Positions 28,642-38,000 of a stretch of 54,527 nt of DNA are shown one piece after another (within the stretch, counting starts at the first letter, position 1; each line of letters starts with the position of its first letter). Below the pieces are notes generated by a model. The model saw only the letters and a program-made list of their open reading frames with translations, was not told where the DNA came from and ran no database searches. The DNA comes from a virus (Duplodnaviria > Caudoviricetes), in IMG/VR virus record IMGVR_UViG_3300024496_000043, positions 1-54,527 of that record; one strand, 5' to 3'. Made by a program: the position numbers and the translations under genes.

Positions 28642-29754
28642 CTATTGTCTCCATCCACAATGGCCAGAAGAAGTTCCCCCGTTTACACCCGGATTTAACC
28701 CCGTTACACTGCTGCTTCCGCTATCAGTGGCATAGTAAAATTTCCAGCTGCCATTGTTTTGTGTGCCATCATAATTCCCTAACATATATTGCCAATCTTG
28801 CCCCATTGTAAAATTCTCTTCTCCACAGTTAGCATATGGTTTGGCTACGTTACCAATATTAGTATCGTTAGCGTTGCTCCATCTTCTCAAGTTATATCCT
28901 CCATTATATGATCCTTCATTACCAGCATAACCTTTCCCCACTTTTGAGCTAATACCTTTTTGTTGTGCGTGATTACCCCATTGAGTGGACGAACTTGCTG
29001 TGTCGTTTGAGAAATTAAATTTTATTCCTGCACTAGATGTCCAACCGTATCCAAAATTTTCATCAGAAAATGCTGCTCCGCCGTCACTACCATTGATTGT
29101 TGTTAATGCGAAGCCAGTAACTAAACTCTCATTTGATAAATTAAATTTTTCCATTGTGGTGGAACCACCTGAAAATAAATAAGCCATCTCGGTTTCTTTA
29201 TGCATTGTACCTAGATCACTTCTAGATATTGCAATATTAAATTTAGATTGGTTGGTATATCTTGTATCAGTAACCATGTTAATCGCTGATGTAAATGTGC
29301 CATATACATCGCCAGCATATTTCATGCCACCATCACTGTTTACTGACCATACGAAAAAAATACTTTTGTTACACGCTCCTGATGTATAAGATGCAGGGTA
29401 GTCTAATAATTCACCGATATGTGTTGTTTGATCAATTAGATTTGTTGTTTTATGAACATTTTTCCATGGTGACCCATCTTTATAGCCTCCTGCCAAATAT
29501 GAGTAATTAATTATTTGTCTATATCTAAATGTAGTTGGTTGTGTTTCTTGCGCTGCTATTCTTTCCCATCCGTCATCAATGTTAGAAACGCCCGTATATA
29601 ACATCAAATAACTACTACCGCTAGTTGATGTTTCAAGATATAATGATCCTGAACGTGGGTTAGACGGTCTGCTTGCTCTAGGCCCTCTAGGAGGTCTATT
29701 AACAACCCTATCCGATCTTAAACTGCCACTAACTTCTAAATTCTCGTATATCAT
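28642..29754 (-). CDS. Gly/Ser-rich beta-repeat protein, paralog 3 (probable virion protein)
   Basis: High similarity to two upstream ORFs; ends GGTSSGHCGWRQ. Confidence 0.65.
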   Translation of the reverse strand: MIYENLEVSGSLRSDRVVNRPPRGPRASRPSNPRSGSLYLETSTSGSSYLMLYTGVSNIDDGWERIAAQETQPTTFRYRQIINYSYLAGGYKDGSPWKNVHKTTNLIDQTTHIGELLDYPASYTSGACNKSIFFVWSVNSDGGMKYAGDVYGTFTSAINMVTDTRYTNQSKFNIAISRSDLGTMHKETEMAYLFSGGSTTMEKFNLSNESLVTGFALTTINGSDGGAAFSDENFGYGWTSSAGIKFNFSNDTASSSTQWGNHAQQKGISSKVGKGYAGNEGSYNGGYNLRRWSNANDTNIGNVAKPYANCGEENFTMGQDWQYMLGNYDGTQNNGSWKFYYATDSGSSSVTGLNPGVNGGTSSGHCGWRQ

Positions 29755-29768
29755 TTTTTATAATTATT

Positions 29769-30875
29769 TTAACCTCTCCAACCACAGTGTCCTGATGATG
29801 TACCACCATTAACACCTGGGGCTAATCCACTTACACTTGTTGTTCCAGTATCTGTTGCGTAGAAGAATTTCCAACTTGTATTATTCTGTGCACCGTCATA
29901 GTTACCTAACATATATTGATGGTCCTGTCCCATTGTAAAGTTTTCCTCCCCACAGTTAGGGTGTGGTTTAGCAACGTTACCAATATTGGTATCATTAGCG
30001 TTGCTCCATCTTCTTAGATTATAACCACCACTATACGAACCTTCGTTACCGGCATACCCCTTCCCTACTTTGGAACTAATGCCTTTTTGTTGTGAGTGTG
30101 CTCCCCACATACCAGTAGATGTGAATGTTTCGGATGCAAAGCTAAATTTAATTCCGGCAGCAGATGTCCAACCATATCCAAAATTTTCATCTGAAAAAGC
30201 AGAACCACCATCGCTACCATTGATTGTTGTTAAATTAAAACCTGTCATAATGGTTTCATTACTCAAATCAAATTTTTCAACAGTTGAGCTACCACCGGTA
30301 AACATATATGCAAACTCGGTTTCTTTGTGCATAGTACCTAAATCACTTCTTGCTGTGGTAATATTAAATCTAACACTATGTGCATAGTTGGTATCATTGG
30401 CCATATTAATTGCTGATGTTCTTGTACCATCTACAGTATCAGGGCCTTTAAATGCCCCATCGGTATTAACTGACCAAACAAAGAAAATATATCTACTACA
30501 AGCGCCAGATGTATATGAAGCTGGGTAATCTAATAATTCACCGATATGAGAAGTCTGATCTGTTGAATTAATTGTTTTGTGAACATTTTTCCATGGCGAT
30601 GAATTTTTATAACCACCGGCGAGATATGAAACAGCAATAATTTGTCTAAATTTAAATCCAACGTTTGAATTAACTTGTGATGATACTCTAACCCAACCAT
30701 TGTCACCATTATCTAAACCAGTATATACCATGAGAAAGCTACCACTACTAGCTTGTTCTAGATACAATGAGCCTGTCACTGGACTGGCTGGTCTGTTCGC
30801 TCTAGATCCTGCTGGTGGTTTTGCTACCCCTTGAGTTCTTAACGATCCACTAATTTCTATATTATCGTGACGCAT
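29769..30875 (-). CDS. Gly/Ser-rich beta-repeat protein, paralog 2
   Basis: Shared SYLAGGYK..SPWKNVH, CGEENFTMGQD; ends GHCGWRG. Confidence 0.65.
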   Translation of the reverse strand: MRHDNIEISGSLRTQGVAKPPAGSRANRPASPVTGSLYLEQASSGSFLMVYTGLDNGDNGWVRVSSQVNSNVGFKFRQIIAVSYLAGGYKNSSPWKNVHKTINSTDQTSHIGELLDYPASYTSGACSRYIFFVWSVNTDGAFKGPDTVDGTRTSAINMANDTNYAHSVRFNITTARSDLGTMHKETEFAYMFTGGSSTVEKFDLSNETIMTGFNLTTINGSDGGSAFSDENFGYGWTSAAGIKFSFASETFTSTGMWGAHSQQKGISSKVGKGYAGNEGSYSGGYNLRRWSNANDTNIGNVAKPHPNCGEENFTMGQDHQYMLGNYDGAQNNTSWKFFYATDTGTTSVSGLAPGVNGGTSSGHCGWRG

Positions 30876-30893
30876 ATTTTATAAATACATTTT

Positions 30894-32027
30894 TTAATTT
30901 CTCCAACCACAATGTCCTGATGAAGTTCCACCATTAACACCTGGAGCTAATCCAGATGGATTTACAGTACCTGTATCAGTCGCATAGATAAATTTCCAAC
31001 TGGTATTATTTTGTAAACCATCATAGTTTCCTAACATATACTGGTGATCTTGCCCCATTGTAAAGTTTTCTTCCCCACAGTTTCCATGCGGCTTTGCTAC
31101 GTTACCAATATTGGTTTCATTAAATACGTTCCATCTTCTTAGGTTATATCCTCCGTTGTATGTTCCTTCATTACCCGCATATCCTTTACCCCATTTAGAG
31201 CTAATTCCTTTTTGTTGACCGCTAGCTCCCCATTGTTGGTTATTTGTGAATGTATCTGTAGCAAAAAATAATTTATTGCCACTTTCAGACCCGTAACCAT
31301 AACCATAGTTCTCATCAGAAAACCCAGAACAACCTAATGAACTGGTAATAGATGTTTTTAATGTTAAGTATGGTTGCATATTTGGATAATATACACTGTA
31401 CATAACTTCATTGGTTAAATTAAATTTTTCAACGGTTGCTACACCACCGCCAAATACCCAAGCAAATTCTGTTTCTTGAAACAAGGTACCTAGATCGTCT
31501 CTAGCGTTTGCTAAATCCCATTTGGATTGGTGGGCATACGCGGTTTCGTTTACCATATGGACACCTGTGGTCCAGGTCGAATGAATTTGTGTTGCGGATT
31601 TCCACGCACCATCTGTATTTGTTGACCAAACAAATAATATTGATTTACTACAAGCCCCAGATGTATACGATGCGGGATAGTCCATTAACTCACCTAAGTG
31701 AACAGTTTGATCTGTTGCATTGGTTGTTCTATGAACATTTTTCCACGGAGATGCGTCTTTGTAACCACCTGCCAAATATGAGTAGTTAATTATTTGTCTA
31801 TATAAAAAGCCGATTCTATCTGTGTTTTGTGAACCAACAGGCTCCCAACCATCATCTCTATTTAGTACCCCCGTATATGTTGCAACAAAACTTCCACTGC
31901 TAGATTCTTCAAGATAAAGAGACCCTATTTCTGGATTAGCCGGTCTATTAGCTCTTGGTCCTCTAGGTATTATATATTGTCCGCTAACATCTAAAGAGCC
32001 ACTAACAATTACATTTTCTCTTAACAT
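30894..32027 (-). CDS. Gly/Ser-rich beta-repeat protein, paralog 1
   Basis: Same motifs; ends GHCGWRN. Confidence 0.65.
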   Translation of the reverse strand: MLRENVIVSGSLDVSGQYIIPRGPRANRPANPEIGSLYLEESSSGSFVATYTGVLNRDDGWEPVGSQNTDRIGFLYRQIINYSYLAGGYKDASPWKNVHRTTNATDQTVHLGELMDYPASYTSGACSKSILFVWSTNTDGAWKSATQIHSTWTTGVHMVNETAYAHQSKWDLANARDDLGTLFQETEFAWVFGGGVATVEKFNLTNEVMYSVYYPNMQPYLTLKTSITSSLGCSGFSDENYGYGYGSESGNKLFFATDTFTNNQQWGASGQQKGISSKWGKGYAGNEGTYNGGYNLRRWNVFNETNIGNVAKPHGNCGEENFTMGQDHQYMLGNYDGLQNNTSWKFIYATDTGTVNPSGLAPGVNGGTSSGHCGWRN

Positions 32028-32044
32028 ACTTTAATATAAGATTT

Positions 32045-35000
32045 TTATCTCAAAACAACAACCCTTCCGGTTCTATTTGCTGCAAAAGTTATTGTCACTA
32101 CGTTTGTATTTGTTGTTACAATTGAAGATGGCCAGAACATCTCATCGTTACTATCATATACCATAACCATAACATCTTTTGATCCTAGGTTATGTGTAAC
32201 AGTTACCGATGATACATTACTAAATGATGTTGCATATGTTGAGTTACCAAAATCTTTAACAAGGTTACCACTTCTAGCATAAATTGCACCGCCGCTTGTT
32301 ACATATGCAACAGTTGAGCCTGCAGATTGGAAATTAACCAAAGTAGCTTGTCCACCTCCGGATACGGTGTTAGAGTTAATATCAATTCTACCAGCTCTGA
32401 TTTCCATGAAATCTTCTTGGTCGTTTTCAACTCTAATTGTTAGTTTTGCCCTCTCTGATGTACCGCCGCTATTATTTTCATAATAAATTTGAGCGCCATC
32501 AGAAGGGTAGTTGTTACCCGATCTAAAATCAATACCACAATAACCTGTGGCATCACTTGCAGAAGATGTTAAAACAATGTTAGCATTTGCAATACCATAG
32601 GTACTTCTTCCAGTTGCTACACCATTACCAACTGTTAAACCTCCAAATGTTGGCGTTGCTGTTGTTGTTACACTCTGGTTCATAGCAGCGGCATTCGCAT
32701 ATAATGTGGTATCCATAAGTCTACCTCCACCATTACTACTATCTATATAACCCTCAACAGTACCTGCAACATTTCTGAAGTAAATTGTTCCGTTGGTATC
32801 CAAATAAATTCCACCAGAACTCGTTCTTATGTGTAAATTGTTTGCAGCATCTCTTGGTCTAAACCATGCGGTTCCACCAACATCCTGTAAACCAAATGAT
32901 GTTGTGTTTGGTGTGGTTAAGTTACCACCAAACGCTACTGTTTGACTTGAGTTAATTGTGATAGCGGCAACACCATTTGTTGCTAGGTACAAACTATTTG
33001 CACCTTCAGCATGTAATGTTAAACCACCAGCTAAATTTGAATAAACATAACCACCACTTGCTCTATATTGCCCAGACGCTGTAAAAGTACTACCTAATAA
33101 AGCAATACCCGCGCCATTTGTTGTTTGGTCATTACCCATACAAACATTTGAGTTTGATGATGCCGTGGTATTTCTAAATGTAGCACTTGTTGCACCACCA
33201 TTAACTGTTAATCCACCAAATGTTGGTGACGCCCCTGTATGAATATTCTGTGGTAATGATAATGTCACACCTCCTGTTGATGCGCTAGCGGTAACTTGGT
33301 TTGCTGTACCTGTGATTGATGTTACACCAGAGTTTGTTACTGTAACTGATCCAGTTGTGGTATCAACACTTATTCCTGTTCCAGCATTTACAGCAGTAAC
33401 TTTAGCTGCAGTATATGTTGTAGAAATAGATGATCCATTCCAAGTACCTGAAGTGATTGTTCCACCCGATACTGATAAACCATTAATACTACCTGAAAAT
33501 GTTGCACCACCAAAATCTAATGTTAAGTAATCCTTATATGTCGAATCGTCTCTAAAAGCTCCAAACACAAATCTAGCACTTGTGCCGTTTAAACCATTTC
33601 TTACTAAACGAATATCTCCTAATACTCTACCACTACCAATAGACCCACCTGGATTAATTTGTAATGTTATGTTTGAATATTGACCAGCAGCGTTTGTTGT
33701 ATCAGTGTTTTGCATAACAAAGAAACGACCTGCATCTGTTGGATCAGTATTTGCTGTAAATGTTTGTGTTGAACCGGTTTGAACTGTTAACACGCCTCTA
33801 CTATCGCTTCCACCTATTTGTACTCTACCTGTAGAGGTTAGACCGGCAAATGTTGGTGTTGCAGCTGTATGAATATTTTGTGGTAATGAGAATGTTACAG
33901 CACCTGTACTTGCGCTCACATTAACTTGATTCGTTGTTCCGGCAACCGATGTTATTTTTGCATCAGTATATGCTGTTCCTATTGAAGTACCATTCCATAC
34001 ACCTGTTGTTACGGTACCCATATAAACAGTACCATCACCATAAATTCTAAATAAATGATCTGCTCCCCAATGACCTAATGATACATAGTTACTGTTTGAT
34101 CCGGCGCCTGCCCAGTTATAACCAATATAACCAGAGTTTTTAGTACTACCAGCAGAACCAACAACTATAATGTTTGTTTGACCAGCAGTCATGTTTGCGC
34201 TAAATGCTTCTATCGAATGGTTAAATGTTGCTGCACTAGAGTTATTAACTTTTAATGTTGCGGCATTACCAGTACCTGTAGATCCAATAATTAATTGTCC
34301 GGTCATAGTGTCACCAGCCTTCTGTACAAATGATGATGTAAGTTGTGCTGAACCTGAAACCGTACCTGTTCCACTTAATATTGTTGCTGCAGTTATGGAA
34401 CCGCCAAGTGATATACTATTACCCGCAATTGAAATAGAACTATTTGTAAGTGATGAGTTTCCAATATTGCTTAATGTATTGGAAGCACCGCTAATTGTTT
34501 TGTTTGTTAATGTTTGTGATGTTGTTCTTAGTACAACATCGTCTTCAGCACCTAATGGCCCTGCTATCCATTTATCATTTGTTGTGTCCCATAATAATGA
34601 GCCCGATGTAAGATTTGCTGCTGTTGCATCTCTAACAACAAGACCAGCATTTGTAGCCCCAGTACCATTCAATTGAATAATATTATCCGCAATATTAACT
34701 GTTGTTGAGTTTACAGTTGTTGTTGTTCCTGATACTGTAAAGTTACCTCTAACAGTTACGTCAGCGCCACTCAAACTAAATGCACTATTGAATGAGCTTG
34801 TAAATGTATTCAAACTACTTGTTGCGGTATTAATTGCACTAATAGCTGTATTGTTTGAACTAGTGTACGAATTTAGTGAACTTGTTGCAGTCTCAATTGC
34901 GTTTAATCTACTAGAAGCACTACTTGTAAAGCTATTTAAACTACTAGTTGCAGTATGAATAGCATTTATATTTGTTGTATTAGAACTTGTGTAGCTATTT

Positions 35001-38000
35001 AAAGATCCAGATGTTGATTCTAACGAATTTAATCTTCCAGCAGCACTGCTTGTAAATGTATTTAAACTTGCTGTAGTTGATTCAATAACACCTAATCTTG
35101 TATTAGTAGAAGATGTGTACGAGTTTAAACTACTTGTTGCGGTATGAATTGCATTAATGTTCGTTGTATTAGAACTTGTATATGAATTCAATGAACTTGT
35201 TGTAGATTCTAATGATGTTAATCTACTAGCTGCGCTACTTGTAAATGTATTCAAACTACTTGTTGCAGTATGAATAGCATTTATGTTAATGGTGTTAGAA
35301 CTTGTATAAGAGTTTAGTGAGCTTGTTGTTGACTCAATTACCCCCAATCTTGTATTGGTACTTGATGTGTAAGAATTTAAAGAACTGGTTGCTGTTTCAA
35401 TTACCCCCAATCTTGTATTGGTACTTGATGTATAAGAATTTAAACTACTAGTTGCTGTATGAATTGCATTTATATTTGTTGTGTTAGAACTTGTATAGGT
35501 ATTTAAAGAACCTGTTGTTGTTTCTAACGATGCTAACCTACTATTCTGTGTTGTGTTAGTACTATTATTTGAACTTGTGTAACTATTAAAATCTGTTCTA
35601 ATACTACTACTTGCACTTTCTAAAGAATTTAATCTACTATTAGCACTACTTGTAAATGTATTTAAAGAACTAGTGGCTGTTTCAATTACACCTAATCTTG
35701 TATTTGTACTTGAGGTGTATGAATTTAAAGAGCTTGTTGTCGACTCAATTGCATCTAATCTTGTATTTGTACTTGAGGTGTATGAATTTAAAGACGATGT
35801 AGATACTTCAACATTACCAATTCTAGTTACTGCGTTATTAAATTCTGTTTCTCTTACAATTCTTTGTTCTGAACCTAATTGACCGGCGATCCAATAATCG
35901 TTAACCGCATCCCATAATAAAGAACCTGAAATCTGACTAGGTGCAGTTGTATCTTTAACTCTTAAACCAGCAAATGTTGCACCTGTACCATTTAAATTAA
36001 TTAAGTTATTATCAACATCAAGCGTTGTTGTATTTACGTTTGTTGTTGTACCCTTAACTAATAAGTTTCCTTTAACAGTTAAGTTAGAACCAGTCAATTC
36101 AATTGCCGATAATACTGAAGATGTAAAACTATTTAAACTTCCAGTTGCAATTTGAATTGCTGTTATATTTGGACTTGATATATTTTGGGTAACAACAAGT
36201 GTTCCAGTGATTTCAGTATTTGAATTAATTGATACTTTCGTTCCAGTGTCTGTGATATTACTATCACCTAGATGTTCATCATTTAATGATTTTATAATTC
36301 TGTTTACTGTTGGACTAGCTTCATTACCAACGTTATTAAACGTTTGTGGCCCCATCAAAATAATTGATGATGTTATTGAAGATTGATTTTGATGAATAAA
36401 AATCCATTGATTATTAACAGAATCAAATAACATTGAGCCAGAAACTTGTGGTGATGAGCCACTATCGATAACAGCCAATCCACCAAATCTTGTTGATGGA
36501 TTCTGAGCGTTTACTGTGATTAAGTTTGTACCAATGTTTAATGTACTTTGTGAAACAAAGTTGATTGAAGATGATCCGCCGATTATTAAATTTTGTGAAA
36601 CAAATAATGAACCGGTAATTGTTTGATTTCCTTGGAAGATGTTGCTACCGGTTGTTGCGTAACTACCGGTCTTTCCTTCTAATGAACTTAATCTACTGTC
36701 CTGCCCCGCATCTGTTGTTGCTAAAGAAGAACTAAATGTAGAATAACCAGTTGTACTTGCTAAACTTACTTGTGCGGAACCGGATATAACACCTTCAGCA
36801 TTAAGTCTATTCTTAATTGTTGTGTTAATTGAATTTGTGAAAGAATTCAATGATGATGTTGCAGTTTCAATTGCATTTAATCTACCGTTAGTGCTACTTG
36901 TATAAGAATTCAAGGAACCAGTTGTAGATTCAATTACCCCTAATCTTGTATTGTTAGAAGACGTATATGAATTTAACGAAGCTGTAGTAGAGTTAAGGCT
37001 ACTATTAATTGTATTTTGAGAACTAGTATATGTGTTCAGTGAGCTAGTAGCGGTTTCAATCGCAGCTAGTCTATTATTTTGAGTTGAAACTGTTGAATTA
37101 TTTGAACTTGTGTAACTATTAAAATCGGTTCTAATAGATGAACTTGCAGATTCTAAACTATTAAGCCTACTTATAGCACTACTTGTAAATGTATTTAAAG
37201 AACTCGTACTCGTTTCGATCACACCTAATCTTGTGTTAGTAGAAGATGTATATGAATTTAAACTTGCGGTTGTACTTTCAATAACACCTAATCTCGTGTT
37301 GGTGCTTGATGTATATGAATTTAATGAACCTGTTGTTGATTCAATAACCCCTAATCTTGTATTGTTAGAAGACGTATATGAATTTAATGAACTTGTGGTA
37401 GATTCAATAACACCAAGTCTTGTGTTGTTACTTGAAGTATATGAATTTAATGAAGACGTAGTTGATTCAATTACACCTAGTCTCGTATTATTTGACGATG
37501 TATAAGTATTAAAATCGGTTCTAATAGATGAACTCGCAGATTCTAAGGAACTCATTCTACCGTTTGCGCTAGAAGTAAAATTATTTAAACTTCCTGTACT
37601 TGTTTCAATTATACCTAATCTTGTGTTAGTAGAAGATGTATATGAATTCAATGAAGATGTTGCTGTGTGAATAGCTGTTAAGCTATTATTTACACTGCTT
37701 GTAAATGTATTTAAAGATCCTGTTGTAGATTCAATTACACTTAATCTCGTATTATTTGATGAAGTATATGAATTTAACGAACTTGTTGAGGCTTCGATCG
37801 TGTTTAATCTATTGTTAGTAGAGGAAGTATATGAATTTAAACTTCCCGTAGAAGCTTCAATTGAGTTAAATCTACTATTTGCACTTGATGTAAATGTATT
37901 TAAACTTGATGTTGTGGATTCAATTACACCTAATCTTGTATTGTTACTAGCCGTATATAAATTCAAACTAGCAGTCGAGCCTTGAATGCTTATTGCTCTA

